From: Methylorubrum extorquens
GTDB taxonomy: Bacteria; Pseudomonadota; Alphaproteobacteria; Rhizobiales; Beijerinckiaceae
Reading direction: 5' to 3'
DNA: 32,000 nucleotides
Assembly: GCA_900234795.1 (NCBI GenBank)
Contig: LT962688.1
Coordinates: forward strand, 3,480,001-3,512,000
The translations under genes and the position numbers were made by a program. Of the stretch, positions 1 through 9,497 are shown in pieces (the first letter of the stretch is position 1; each line of letters opens with the position of its first letter). The notes beneath the pieces are model-generated. The model worked only from the letters and a program-made list of their open reading frames with translations. It was not told the origin of the DNA and did no database searches.

Positions 1-165
1 GACCTGCGCCGCGAAGTCTCGATGAACATCAAGCGCCTGATGGATCTCGGCTGCTACCGCGGCCTGCGTCACCGCAAGCAGCTCCCGGTCCGCGGCCAGC
101 GCACGCACACCAACGCCCGCACCCGCAAGGGTAAGGCGAAGCCGATCGCCGGCAAGAAGAAGTAA
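1..165 (+). CDS. rpsM: 30S ribosomal protein S13, 3' end (5' part lies outside the window)
   Basis: Frame 1 reads [54 protein letters not shown], the conserved S13 C-terminus. The TAA stop is at 163-165, and rpsK follows as in the alpha operon. Confidence 0.9.
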
Positions 166-335
166 TTTTTTGGCATTCGGAGGCCGTGCTTCGCTCGGCC
201 TCCTTCGCGTCGCGCCGGATGTCCCGTTTCGGGGGCCGGCGTGGCGGACCGGTCGTTCAAGGCCGCGCCGCCAAATCCCAAAAGAATCCCGAGCGCCTGG
301 AAGTACGGGCGTGATTGAAGGACGAAAGCGAAAAG

Positions 336-725
336 ATGGCTAAGGAACCGACCCGCGTCCGCCGGCGCGAACGCAAGAACATCGTCTCGGGCGTGGCGCA
401 CGTCGCCGCCTCGTTCAACAACACGATGATCACCATCACCGACGCGCAGGGCAACACGATCTCGTGGTCGTCCGCTGGCGCGATGGGCTTCAAGGGCTCG
501 CGCAAGTCGACCCCGTACGCTGCCCAGGTTGCCGCCGAGGACGCGGCCCGCAAGGCCTCCGAGCACGGCATGCGCACCCTCGAGGTCGAGGTCTCCGGCC
601 CCGGTTCGGGCCGTGAGTCGGCGCTGCGTGCGCTTCAGGCCGCGGGCTTCACCGTGACCTCGATCCGCGACGTCACCTCGATCCCGCATAACGGCTGCCG
701 GCCGCGCAAGCGCCGCCGCGTCTGA
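336..725 (+). CDS. rpsK: 30S ribosomal protein S11
   Basis: The track ORF 315..725 starts at a TTG. The ATG at 336 gives [36 protein letters not shown]...[14 protein letters not shown], which looks S11-like over its full length, and a purine-rich stretch precedes it. Confidence 0.93.
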
Positions 726-762
726 TCGCACGACACCGGAGCATCCCCGAGCGGAGAAGCCC

Positions 763-1644
763 ATGGCGGACGGATCGAAGCCCCTACCCGGCGTGCTGCG
801 TTGGAACCTCGGCGACCTCACGGTCACCGCGCTCAACGACGGCTGGTTTCAGGGCTCCCTCGATCTCGTCACGGGCATCCCTCGGGACGAGGCCGGCGCG
901 CTCCAGCGCGCCGGCTTCCGTCCGGAGGCTCCGGTCGTCACGCTCAACGCGTTCCTCGTCACCGGTGCCGGCCGCAAGCCGGTACTGATCGATTCCGGGT
1001 ATGGCCATTTCGGCCCCGACACCATGGGCCGGGTGCCCGCCGCCCTCGCGCTCGCCGGTGTCGCGCCGGAGGAGATCGAAACGGTGCTCCTAACCCATCT
1101 CCATCCCGACCATGCGGGCGGGCTGGTGAAGGCGGATGGCAGCGCGGCCTACCCGAACGCGGAACTCGTCGTGCATGCGACGGAAGCCGCGCATTGGCTT
1201 CCCGATGCGGCGCTGTCGCGGGCTCCGGACGAGGCGAAGCCGTATTTCGAGAACGCCCGCAAAGCAGTGGCGCCCTACGGTGCGCGGCTGCGCAAGCACG
1301 AGGGTGGCGAGCTGGTCTCCGGCATCACCGCCGTTCCGCTGCCCGGCCACACGCCCGGCCATTGCGGCATGCGGATCGTATCAGGGGACAAGTCCCTGCT
1401 GATGTGGACCGACGTGGTGCATATGCCGGCGATCCAGTTCAAGCAGCCGGAGGCGGGTGTCGCCTTCGATGTGGACGGGGATCAGGCGCGGGCGACCCGC
1501 AAGCGCGTGCTCGACGAGGTGGCGACGGAGAAGACCCTCATCGCCGGCTCGCATCTCGAGTTCCCGGCGCTGGGATATGTGACCCGCGACGGCGCGGGCT
1601 ACCGCTTCGTTCCCGCTCTCTGGGTGGCGGGCGAGACGGCTTAG
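763..1644 (+). CDS. MBL-fold metallo-hydrolase (AHL-lactonase-like family)
   Basis: 293-aa ORF with the HxHxDH zinc motif ([10 protein letters not shown]) and a later His motif (PLPGHTPGH). A GGAGA Shine-Dalgarno sits just upstream of the ATG, and the gene starts only 37 nt after the rpsK stop. Confidence 0.8.
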   Translation: MADGSKPLPGVLRWNLGDLTVTALNDGWFQGSLDLVTGIPRDEAGALQRAGFRPEAPVVTLNAFLVTGAGRKPVLIDSGYGHFGPDTMGRVPAALALAGVAPEEIETVLLTHLHPDHAGGLVKADGSAAYPNAELVVHATEAAHWLPDAALSRAPDEAKPYFENARKAVAPYGARLRKHEGGELVSGITAVPLPGHTPGHCGMRIVSGDKSLLMWTDVVHMPAIQFKQPEAGVAFDVDGDQARATRKRVLDEVATEKTLIAGSHLEFPALGYVTRDGAGYRFVPALWVAGETA

Positions 1645-1742
1645 ATTTTTTGGGACCGGTCCGGATGCTCCCCGAGCATTCCAGGGCCGGCCGTAGCGCT
1701 TTCCGGGACGCCGGCGGCGTGGGTTTGGCAAGAGGTAGGACC

Positions 1743-2762
1743 GTGGTCATTCAGAAGAACTGGCAAGAGCTCATCAAGCCGAACAAGCTGCAGGTGACGG
1801 CCGGCGACGATCCCAAGCGGGTCGCCACCGTCGTGGCCGAGCCGCTCGAGCGCGGCTTCGGCACGACGCTCGGCAACAGCCTGCGCCGCGTGCTGCTCTC
1901 CTCGCTTCAGGGCGCTGCCGTCACCTCCGTCCAGATCGACGGCGTGCTGCACGAGTTCTCGTCGATCCCCGGCGTGCGTGAGGACGTGACCGACATCGTC
2001 CTCAACATCAAGACCATCGCCATCCGCTCGCAGACGGATCAGCCCAAGCGCATGACCCTGCGCAAGACGGGCCCCGGCCTCGTCACCGCGGGCGACATCG
2101 GCGCCGTCGGCGACATCCAGATCCTGAACCCCGACCTCGTGATCTGCACCCTGGACGACGGGGCCGAGATCCGCATGGAGTTCACGGTCGCCACGGGCAA
2201 GGGCTACGTCCCGGCCGAGCGCAACCGCCCCGAGGACGCGCCGATCGGCTTGATCCCGGTCGATGCGCTCTACTCGCCGGTGACCAAGGTCAGCTACCGC
2301 GTCGAGACCACCCGTGAGGGCCAGGATCTCGACAAGGACAAGCTGACGATGACGCTCGAGACCAACGGCGCCGTGTCGCCGGAGGATGCGCTGGCCTACG
2401 CCGCTCGCATCATCCAGGACCAGCTCCAGGTCTTCGTGAACTTCGAAGAGCCCCGCAAGGAAGAGGCCGCGCCGCTCGCGCCGCAGCTCCCCTTCAACCC
2501 GGCGCTGCTCAAGAAGGTGGACGAGCTCGAACTGTCGGTCCGTTCGGCGAACTGCCTGAAGAACGACAACATCGTCTATATCGGCGACCTCATCCAGAAG
2601 TCGGAGGGCGAGATGCTGCGCACCCCGAACTTCGGCCGCAAGTCGCTCAACGAGATCAAGGAAGTGCTCGCCGGCATGGGCCTGCACCTCGGCATGGACG
2701 TTCCCGGCTGGCCGCCGGAGAACATCGAGGATCTCGCCAAGCGCTTCGAAGAGCACTACTGA
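1743..2762 (+). CDS. rpoA: DNA-directed RNA polymerase subunit alpha
   Basis: This is the 3' part of track ORF 801..2762. The GTG at 1743 is preceded by GAGGTAGG. The product [18 protein letters not shown]...[19 protein letters not shown]... is 339 aa, with a typical RpoA N-terminal domain and C-terminal domain. Confidence 0.93.
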   Translation: MVIQKNWQELIKPNKLQVTAGDDPKRVATVVAEPLERGFGTTLGNSLRRVLLSSLQGAAVTSVQIDGVLHEFSSIPGVREDVTDIVLNIKTIAIRSQTDQPKRMTLRKTGPGLVTAGDIGAVGDIQILNPDLVICTLDDGAEIRMEFTVATGKGYVPAERNRPEDAPIGLIPVDALYSPVTKVSYRVETTREGQDLDKDKLTMTLETNGAVSPEDALAYAARIIQDQLQVFVNFEEPRKEEAAPLAPQLPFNPALLKKVDELELSVRSANCLKNDNIVYIGDLIQKSEGEMLRTPNFGRKSLNEIKEVLAGMGLHLGMDVPGWPPENIEDLAKRFEEHY

Positions 2763-2943
2763 GGCGAAGCCGCCTCGGGCCGGACTTGGTGGCGCTGCAC
2801 GGCGTCGTTTGTTTGGTCGCCTCGACCCGGTGCTGAGCCGCTGGGTCGGCGCTCCCTCCAGCCCCAGCAAAGCCGGGGCGGGCACTCCCAAAAAGATCCC
2901 GCCGCTGGGTTACGCGGATTGTCTGAAAACAGCCCCCAGGGCA

Positions 2944-2972
2944 CTCGGCCGTACCGTGGCACGGCGGCCGAG
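2944..2972 (+). other. Strong stem-loop in the rpoA-rplQ spacer (function unknown)
   Basis: CTCGGCCG(ta)CCGT-ggc-ACGG-CGGCCGAG forms 8+4 bp. It ends 20 nt before the rplQ ATG, has no U tract after it, and is followed by a GAGAAGGA Shine-Dalgarno. Confidence 0.4.
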
Positions 2973-2992
2973 ACTGAGAAGGACCAGCCACC

Positions 2993-3409
2993 ATGCGTCA
3001 CGGCTATCGCGGTCGCCGCTTCAATCGCACGACCGAGCATCGTAAGGCGATGTTCGCCAACATGTCCGCCGCGCTGATCAAGCACGAGCAGATCGTCACC
3101 ACCCTGCCGAAGGCCAAGGATCTGCGTCCGGTCATCGAGAAGCTGATCTCGCTCGGCCGTACCGACAGCATCCACGCCCGCCGCCTTGCCATGGCCCAGA
3201 TCCGCGACGCGGACATGGTCAAGAAGCTCTTCTCGGTGCTCGGCCCGCGCTACCAGTCGCGTCCGGGTGGCTACTGCCGCATCATGAAGGCCGGCTTCCG
3301 CTACGGCGACAACGCTCCGATGGCCGTCATCGAGTTCGTGGATCGCGACGTCGACGCCCGCGGTAAGGATTCCGGTCCGACTTCGGTCGAGACGGCCGAA
3401 GCCGCCTGA
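2993..3409 (+). CDS. rplQ: 50S ribosomal protein L17
   Basis: 138-aa [49 protein letters not shown]..., a canonical L17 and the last gene of the alpha operon. Confidence 0.95.
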   Translation: MRHGYRGRRFNRTTEHRKAMFANMSAALIKHEQIVTTLPKAKDLRPVIEKLISLGRTDSIHARRLAMAQIRDADMVKKLFSVLGPRYQSRPGGYCRIMKAGFRYGDNAPMAVIEFVDRDVDARGKDSGPTSVETAEAA

Positions 3410-3462
3410 GGCCGGCTCCCCCGCTTTGCGGGGGAACGCATGACATGATGATCGATGCGAAA

Positions 3463-3485
3463 GGCGGCCCGACGGCCGCCTTTTT
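3463..3485 (+). terminator. Rho-independent terminator of the alpha operon
   Basis: GGCGGCC-cgac-GGCCGCC is followed by TTTTT, about 55 nt after the rplQ stop. A second GC hairpin without a U tract (CCCCCGC-ttt-GCGGGGG) lies at 3418-3434. Confidence 0.75.
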
Positions 3486-3698
3486 GCGTGTTCGGCCGGG
3501 AGAGGTAAAAAAGCGAGTGTTCGAACCGGCGGTGGAGAAACCGCCGGGGAGCCGACACTGGGACAATTGGGCATGTGCCTTGCTGTATTGCATCCGCTAT
3601 CGTCGGGTGCGCGGCAGGGTTGAGGATCACCGGTAGGCCGGCGCCCCTTCCCCGGTGCGGCAGGCCGGAAGGCGTTGTCGAACGGCAGGATGTGAACC

Positions 3699-4163
3699 GT
3701 GAATGCTCCCAACGAGAGCGCAGAGGTACTGAGGGATCCGCTGCTGCTGGACAACCAGCTCTGCTACGCGCTCTACGCCGCGGCCCACCGGATGACGAAA
3801 TCCTATCGGCCGATGCTGGAACGGATGGGGCTGACCTACCCGCAATATCTCGTGCTTCTCGTGCTCTGGGAGAACGACGGCGTCACCGTGTCCGAGATCG
3901 GCCGGCGCCTTCGTCTCGATTCCGGCACGCTCACGCCGGTGCTCAAACGGCTGGAGACGAGCGGATTGCTGAATCGCAATCGTCGTCAGTCCGATGAGCG
4001 CGAGGTCGAGATCGCGCTGACCGATCAGGGCCGGGCGCTTCGCTCGGAGGCGATCGCCGTACGCCAGTCCGTCATGTGTCAGCTCAACATGTCGGAGCCA
4101 GAGATTCAGGCGATGCGGGCCGACCTGAATGCCCTCATCGAAAACCTTTCGACGGCGGGCTGA
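3699..4163 (+). CDS. ohrR: Organic hydroperoxide resistance regulator, MarR family (2-Cys OhrR type)
   Basis: GTG start. The 154-aa product has the [10 protein letters not shown] motif, with Cys22 in the position of the peroxide-sensing cysteine, and a second Cys at residue 127, as recalled for Xanthomonas OhrR. The [13 protein letters not shown]...[14 protein letters not shown] core closely resembles B. subtilis OhrR from memory. Confidence 0.85.
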   Translation: MNAPNESAEVLRDPLLLDNQLCYALYAAAHRMTKSYRPMLERMGLTYPQYLVLLVLWENDGVTVSEIGRRLRLDSGTLTPVLKRLETSGLLNRNRRQSDEREVEIALTDQGRALRSEAIAVRQSVMCQLNMSEPEIQAMRADLNALIENLSTAG

Positions 4164-4409
4164 CCGAGCCGGCGTGCCTCGGTTCGCAGCCATTTTGCCG
4201 GATAAATTTCGGTTGAGTAGCGGCCTAAGATTCCGTTAGTGACCCCCCTGTCGCTCATCGTCCGGATGCGACGGCAGCCTCGATCGCAGCGACGTGCCTT
4301 CCCGTCATCATTCTTTCAAGGAAGTTTGGCCTTGTCTGTGCCCGCTCGGGACAGGCCCGGCGGCAAGCGCTAAGCGCGAACCGCGCCGGCCGCAGGGCGT
4401 TTCAGCAGC

Positions 4410-4868
4410 ATGACGGCCGGCCCGATCGATAGCAGCCGCGAAGCGCGGCCCCAGGTCGGCGTGTTGCCGATGCGCCGGACACCGGAGGGTGGCACGGAGG
4501 TTCTGCTCGTCACCTCGCGGGAGACGCGCCGCTGGGTCATCCCGAAGGGCTGGCCGATGAAGGGGCGCAAGCCCTTCGAGGCGGCGGCCCAGGAGGCCTA
4601 TGAGGAAGCCGGTGTCGTCGGCCGCGTCGGCAAGCAACCGATCGGCTTCTATCTCTACGAGAAGCGCCTGAAGAACCGCGACGCGGTTCTTTGCCAAGTG
4701 AAGGTGTTTCCTCTCGAGGTGCGCAAGCAGCTCAAGAAGTTTCCCGAACGCGGCCAGCGCGATGCCCGTTGGTTCACGCCCTCGGAGGCCGCCGACATGG
4801 TGATCGAGGCCGGTCTTGCCGGCCTGATCCGTGCCGCCGGAAACCGCGATCCGAAGCGAAAGGGCTGA
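4410..4868 (+). CDS. NUDIX hydrolase
   Basis: 152-aa ORF with a Nudix box, GWPMKGRKPFEAAAQEAYEEAGV (Gx5Ex7REUxEExGU pattern). Confidence 0.8.
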   Translation: MTAGPIDSSREARPQVGVLPMRRTPEGGTEVLLVTSRETRRWVIPKGWPMKGRKPFEAAAQEAYEEAGVVGRVGKQPIGFYLYEKRLKNRDAVLCQVKVFPLEVRKQLKKFPERGQRDARWFTPSEAADMVIEAGLAGLIRAAGNRDPKRKG

Positions 4869-5081
4869 GCGGCGGTCCTGCGCCCCCCCTCAGTGCCGTG
4901 TCGGGGCGCCTACGGGCGCCTGCAGCGGGCGGAGCGTGGTTTCCGCAGCCCATGCCGCCAGCCTGAGTGAGCAAGCGCCTCACACGCCCCGTCCAGCCAT
5001 CGCAGGACGAGCGATGCCGATGCCGGCCCTACCATACCCGTTCCCTGGTCCATGACTGACTTCAGCGGCCGATCGGCAGAT

Positions 5082-6470
5082 CTAGAGGTCGTCACAGCAG
5101 CCGTCGAAGGGCGGCGCCTGCTTGCCGGCACGCTCGGGCCCGCCGGACGCCAGGCCGACGATGCGGCGACCGATGCGGTTGCGGCTGCCGACGGCCTCGC
5201 CGAGGACGGACTCGACCTTCGCGACCGTAATTCGGTTGCCCGTCCCCGCGGCGATCGTGGCTTGGGCGAGACGACGGACCATCTCCTTGATGAAAGCGGC
5301 GCTCGCTCCTTCCGATCGGGTGACAACGGCATCGATCGCCCCCTCCTCGAAATCGATGGCGTCTCCGTAGAGGCTGACAAGCCGGGTACGGCAGGCCGCG
5401 TCCGGGTTTGCGATCTCGATCGCCTCGTCCACGCGGCCGGGGCGCGAGGCGAGCGCCTCCTCGATCTCCTCTGGCCGGTTGGTGGTGAGGATGAACAGCA
5501 CGTCGGCGTCGTCGTGCAGGCCGTCCATCTCGTTCAGCAGGCGGTTGAGGAGCACCTCCGTCTTCGGACTGTTCATACCCTCGCGGGAGCGGCCGACCAG
5601 ATCGACATCCTCCAGCACGACGATGCTGGGTTGGAGAGTGCGTGCGAGCAGCATGTAGCGATCTAGGTAGACAACCTCCTCTGCCGTGATGAGCACCGTC
5701 GTGCGCTCGGGTAGGTTCGAGGCGATGTACCGGATCACATGCGTCTTGCCGGTGCCGGGCGGCCCGTACAGCAGAAGTCCCTTCCGCGTCGATTGCCCGA
5801 GCCGCTTCAGCGCGTCGCGATGCCGGTCGAACTCGAAGACGTGCCGGTCGAGCCGAGCCATCGTCGCGGTTTCGAGGATCACGGCCTCGCGCGGGATGAA
5901 GGGAAGCTTGTGCACCTGCATGGCCGCCTTCATGCCGGAATAGTCCGATCCGGATTCGAAGGAGAGAACTTTGCCGCGATAGAGCGTCGAGTTCGCACCG
6001 GCCGACTGAACGGCGGCGAGGAAGCCGCGCGCGAAGGCCAGCGAAGCCGGATCCGGCAGCGTCGCGATTTCGACCTGGGCGAAGGTTCCTTCACCGTATT
6101 TGGAATAATGCGAGAGCAGGACTGCGACGGGGCGCTGCTCAACGTGGAACAGCCACAAGCCGTTGTTGAGAGCGGCGAAAGGCTCCGCCTCGCCGACATC
6201 CATGTCCTGATACTGCAGCGGCGTGACGGAGATCGTGTACTGACCCTGACGGACAAGCAGACTGGAAATCGTCAGCGGCAGTTGGTCGTAGATTTGGTGC
6301 ACACCCAGCAGCACAGAGGCGACCGAGCCGATCTCAGCCACAACGGTCGCCTGAAGGTCAGGCAGCAGATGGGCGCCGAACTGCCGGCGGGAACTCGTGA
6401 TGCCGTTGACCTGCTCGGCTCCGAAATGCGCGACGAGCGCTTCCCAGGCTTGGTCGAAGTTGCGGGACAT
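5082..6470 (-). CDS. Classical-clade AAA+ ATPase (Bcs1/FtsH/Cdc48-like module) with an uncharacterised ~220-aa N-terminal domain
   Basis: 462-aa ORF with Walker A GPPGTGKT, a Bcs1-style Walker B IVVLEDVD, and an SRPGRVD second region of homology. A strong AAGGAG Shine-Dalgarno sits 7 nt upstream of the ATG. I see no recognisable motif in residues 1-220. Confidence 0.8.
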   Translation of the reverse strand: MSRNFDQAWEALVAHFGAEQVNGITSSRRQFGAHLLPDLQATVVAEIGSVASVLLGVHQIYDQLPLTISSLLVRQGQYTISVTPLQYQDMDVGEAEPFAALNNGLWLFHVEQRPVAVLLSHYSKYGEGTFAQVEIATLPDPASLAFARGFLAAVQSAGANSTLYRGKVLSFESGSDYSGMKAAMQVHKLPFIPREAVILETATMARLDRHVFEFDRHRDALKRLGQSTRKGLLLYGPPGTGKTHVIRYIASNLPERTTVLITAEEVVYLDRYMLLARTLQPSIVVLEDVDLVGRSREGMNSPKTEVLLNRLLNEMDGLHDDADVLFILTTNRPEEIEEALASRPGRVDEAIEIANPDAACRTRLVSLYGDAIDFEEGAIDAVVTRSEGASAAFIKEMVRRLAQATIAAGTGNRITVAKVESVLGEAVGSRNRIGRRIVGLASGGPERAGKQAPPFDGCCDDL

Positions 6471-7053
6471 CCCTGCGCTCCTTCAGGGGCCGCCGCACCT
6501 TCGCAGGGCCCTTCAAAGAGCGTGTCGATCGAGCGCCGAAAAACAGCACCCGAGCAGGTGACAAAACCGATCGCTCCAAACAGCGATCCATGAAACAAAC
6601 GAACTGATCAATCCTCTGCATCACATCGCGTCTCGGAAGAACATTTTGAGGCGTCGACTGGTCTGTCGATACAACTGGACGTGTCCCCTCGCCCTTCGCG
6701 TGCTTGCCGACCCAAGTTTCAGGGCATGCGCGCGACCTTCTAAAAGGGCAAAACTTCCGTGGGTGCTCGAGACATCGGCCATTGGCGCGAGCAGCGCCTG
6801 CAAGTTCCCGCGGCCGAGCTTCGGCCGAAGCCGATCGGCACCGTTCAGCGAAACGCTGCCGGCAGAACGCTTCGGCCATGAGAGTACGGCGGCGACTCAC
6901 GCCCATGCCACACGCGTAAGGCCTACCGTTGCGGCAGGGCCGGTGATCCGCACTTCAGCCTCACCAGGAACGACGGAGCCGCCCGAGGATGACGACGTGA
7001 CCGTCGTGGCCGAGGATGCACGCCGCGGGCATGCAGCGCCGGTTTCCCGCGGA

Positions 7054-7090
7054 CGAACGAAAACGGGCGCGGAGCTTTCGCTCCACGCCC
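7054..7090 (-). terminator. Rho-independent terminator immediately after rpsQ
   Basis: On the - strand, GGGCGUGGAGC-gaaa-GCUCCGCGCCC is followed by GUUUUCGUU, starting 27 nt after the rpsQ stop. The one non-Watson-Crick pair is G.U on the - transcript but C.A on the + strand, which indicates function on the - strand. Confidence 0.7.
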
Positions 7091-7117
7091 GCACCGTCAC
7101 TGTTATGGGTCAGGCTT

Positions 7118-7384
7118 TTAAGCCGCCGTGCCGGCCGCTTCGGCCGCCGCAGCCTGGTCCTCGACCAGCTTCCAGGTCTTGGTCTTGGAGTAGGGACGGG
7201 ACTCCTCGATGAACACCGTCTGGCCGATCTTGGCCGCATTGGCCTCGTCGTGCGCATGGTAGTTCTTCGAACGGCGAACCGTCTTCTTCATCACCGGGTG
7301 GGTGAAGCGACGCTCCACCTTCACGACGATGGTCTTATCGGTCTTGTCGCTGACGACGACGCCTTGAAGGACGCGCTTGGGCAT
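7118..7384 (-). CDS. rpsQ: 30S ribosomal protein S17
   Basis: [47 protein letters not shown]..., a canonical S17. Confidence 0.95.
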   Translation of the reverse strand: MPKRVLQGVVVSDKTDKTIVVKVERRFTHPVMKKTVRRSKNYHAHDEANAAKIGQTVFIEESRPYSKTKTWKLVEDQAAAAEAAGTAA

Positions 7385-7395
7385 GTGGAATCTCC

Positions 7396-7611
7396 TCAGG
7401 CCTTGGCCGCGTCCAGCGTCTTCTGACGCTGCAGCGTGCGGACACGGGCGATGTCGCGGCGGACCTCACGGACCCGGGCGACGTTCTCAAGTTGGCCCGT
7501 CGCGCCCTGGAAGCGCAGGTTGAACTGCTCCTTCTTCAGGCTGATGAGCTCGTCGGAAAGCTGATCCGCCGACAGAGCGCGCAGATCAGACAGTCTCTGG
7601 TCGGACTTCAT
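7396..7611 (-). CDS. rpmC: 50S ribosomal protein L29
   Basis: 71-aa ORF ...[36 protein letters not shown]..., lying between rplP and rpsQ. Confidence 0.93.
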   Translation of the reverse strand: MKSDQRLSDLRALSADQLSDELISLKKEQFNLRFQGATGQLENVARVREVRRDIARVRTLQRQKTLDAAKA

Positions 7612-7623
7612 GATCTCTTCCTA

Positions 7624-8037
7624 TCAATCAGCGATGCGCTGGATGACGCGGGTGCGCACCGGCAGCTTCGCGGCTCCGAGGCGCAGGGCCTCGCGGGCGA
7701 TGTCCTCGGCAACGCCATCCACCTCGAACATGATGCGGCCGGGATGGACCCGGGCCGCCCAATATTCCGGCGCACCCTTACCGGAGCCCATGCGGACCTC
7801 GGTGGGCTTGGCGGTGACGGGCAGATCCGGGAACACCCGGATCCACACCCGGCCCTGACGCTTCATCTCGCGGGTGATCGCGCGGCGGGCCGCCTCGATC
7901 TGCCGCGCGGTGATGCGCTCGGGCTCCAGGCACTTGAGGCCGAACTGGCCGAAGTTCAGCTCGAAGCCGCCCTTGGCCGCGCCACTGATGCGACCCTTGA
8001 ACTGCTTACGAAATTTGGTCTTCTTGGGTTGCAGCAT
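7624..8037 (-). CDS. rplP: 50S ribosomal protein L16
   Basis: [24 protein letters not shown]...[21 protein letters not shown]..., a canonical L16. Confidence 0.95.
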   Translation of the reverse strand: MLQPKKTKFRKQFKGRISGAAKGGFELNFGQFGLKCLEPERITARQIEAARRAITREMKRQGRVWIRVFPDLPVTAKPTEVRMGSGKGAPEYWAARVHPGRIMFEVDGVAEDIAREALRLGAAKLPVRTRVIQRIAD

Positions 8038-8070
8038 GGCAGCCTCTCAAGATTTCTGCTTGATCGAGCG

Positions 8071-8817
8071 TCAGGCGTGCGACGGCTCGCGGCGGCCGCG
8101 GCCACCCCGGTCGTCACCGTCACGCTCGCGGCGCCCGCCGGAACGGCCACCCTCTTCCTGGGCCTTCTTGTCCTGCGCCATCGGGTCGTGCTCGAGGATC
8201 TCGCCCTTGAACACCCACACCTTGATGCCGCACGTCCCGTAGGTTGTGAAGGCAGTGGCGGTGCCGTAATCGACGTCCGCGCGAAGCGTATGCAGGGGCA
8301 CGCGGCCCTCGCGGTACCACTCGGTGCGGGCGATCTCCGCGCCACCGAGACGGCCGGCGCAGTTGATGCGGATGCCCTCGGCGCCGAGACGCATGGCCGA
8401 CTGCACGGCGCGCTTCATGGCGCGACGGAAGGCGACACGGCGCTCGAGCTGCTGCGCGATCGACTCGGCCACCAGGGTGGCATCGATCTCAGGCTTACGC
8501 ACCTCGACGATGTTGATGGTCACGTCGGCCTTGGTCATCGTGCCGACGAGCTTACGCAGCTTCTCGATGTCCGCGCCCTTCTTGCCGATCACCACGCCCG
8601 GACGGCCCGAGTGGATGGTGACGCGGCACTTCCGGTGCGGGCGCTCGATGACGATCTTCGAGACGGCGGCCTGCTTGAGCTGCTTCATGAGGGCGGCGCG
8701 GATGGCCACGTCCTCATGCATCAGCTTGGCATACTCGCCCTTCTCGGCGAACCAGCGGGAATCCCAGGTCCGGTTGATGCCGAGACGCAGGCCGATCGGA
8801 TTGATCTTCTGACCCAT
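8071..8817 (-). CDS. rpsC: 30S ribosomal protein S3
   Basis: [24 protein letters not shown]..., with a basic Gly/Arg-rich C-terminal extension. Confidence 0.95.
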   Translation of the reverse strand: MGQKINPIGLRLGINRTWDSRWFAEKGEYAKLMHEDVAIRAALMKQLKQAAVSKIVIERPHRKCRVTIHSGRPGVVIGKKGADIEKLRKLVGTMTKADVTINIVEVRKPEIDATLVAESIAQQLERRVAFRRAMKRAVQSAMRLGAEGIRINCAGRLGGAEIARTEWYREGRVPLHTLRADVDYGTATAFTTYGTCGIKVWVFKGEILEHDPMAQDKKAQEEGGRSGGRRERDGDDRGGRGRREPSHA

Positions 8818-8828
8818 CGGTAAACTCC

Positions 8829-9212
8829 TCAGGCCGCTTCAGCGCGCACTTCGCGAACCACGATCGTGAGGTTCGCAAAGGGCTTCAGGATGCGCGCGCC
8901 GCGACCGCGGGCACGGGCGTGGAAGCGCTTGAGCACCAGCGCCTTGCCGACGAAGGCCTGGGAGACGACGAGATCGTCCACGTCGAGATCGTGGTTGTTC
9001 TCGGCGTTGGCGATCGCGCTCTCCAAGCACTTCTTCACATCGCGGGCGATGCGCTTGCGGGAGAATTCGAGATCGGCAAGGGCCGTATCGACCTTCTTGC
9101 CGCGGATCAACGCCGCCACGAGGTTGAGCTTCTGGGGCGACACGCGGAGCATCCGCGCGACGGCCTTCGCCTCGTTCTCGGGGAGCGCGCGGGGGGTGGC
9201 AGGCTTGCCCAT
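8829..9212 (-). CDS. rplV: 50S ribosomal protein L22
   Basis: Track ORF 8829..9344 is over-extended into rpsS. The ATG at 9212 gives [41 protein letters not shown]... (127 aa), starting 1 nt after the rpsS stop. Confidence 0.93.
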   Translation of the reverse strand: MGKPATPRALPENEAKAVARMLRVSPQKLNLVAALIRGKKVDTALADLEFSRKRIARDVKKCLESAIANAENNHDLDVDDLVVSQAFVGKALVLKRFHARARGRGARILKPFANLTIVVREVRAEAA

Positions 9213-9213
9213 C

Positions 9214-9492
9214 TCAGCGCCTCTTTGCCTTCTTGTCGGCCGCGTGACCGGGGAAGGTGCGGGTCGGCGAGAACTCGCCGAACTTGTGACCGACCATCTC
9301 CTCGGTGACGTAGACCGGGATATGCTTGTGTCCGTTGTGCACACCGAAGGTGATGCCCACGAACTGCGGAAGGATCGTGGAGCGACGGCTCCAGATCTTG
9401 ACGACCTCGTTGCGGCTGCCGCCGCGGGCGGCGTCGGCCTTCTTGAGGAGGTAGCCGTCGACGAACGGCCCTTTCCAGAGGGAACGTGCCAT
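9214..9492 (-). CDS. rpsS: 30S ribosomal protein S19
   Basis: [20 protein letters not shown]...[29 protein letters not shown]... Confidence 0.95.
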   Translation of the reverse strand: MARSLWKGPFVDGYLLKKADAARGGSRNEVVKIWSRRSTILPQFVGITFGVHNGHKHIPVYVTEEMVGHKFGEFSPTRTFPGHAADKKAKRR

Positions 9493-9497
9493 GGCTG

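Noticed and set aside
735-1682. Similar 15-nt motifs on both sides of the MBL gene (GGAGCATCCCCGAGC at 739-753 and GGATGCTCCCCGAGC at 1663-1677), considered as a possible target-site duplication
   Set aside because: Only 12 of 15 bases match, the sequence is GC-rich, and the second copy is better explained as one arm of a local hairpin. This is not enough to claim an insertion scar.
801-1742. N-terminal 314 codons of the 653-aa track ORF 801..2762
   Set aside because: This Arg/Gly/Pro-rich translation overlaps the well-supported MBL gene in another frame. It is a high-GC open-frame artefact, and genuine RpoA begins at the GTG at 1743.
3519-3525. GTTCGAA (T-loop-like) motif, suggesting a possible tRNA downstream of rplQ
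   Set aside because: The flanking bases do not form a T-stem, and no acceptor or anticodon arms can be drawn. I could not build a tRNA cloverleaf anywhere in the window.
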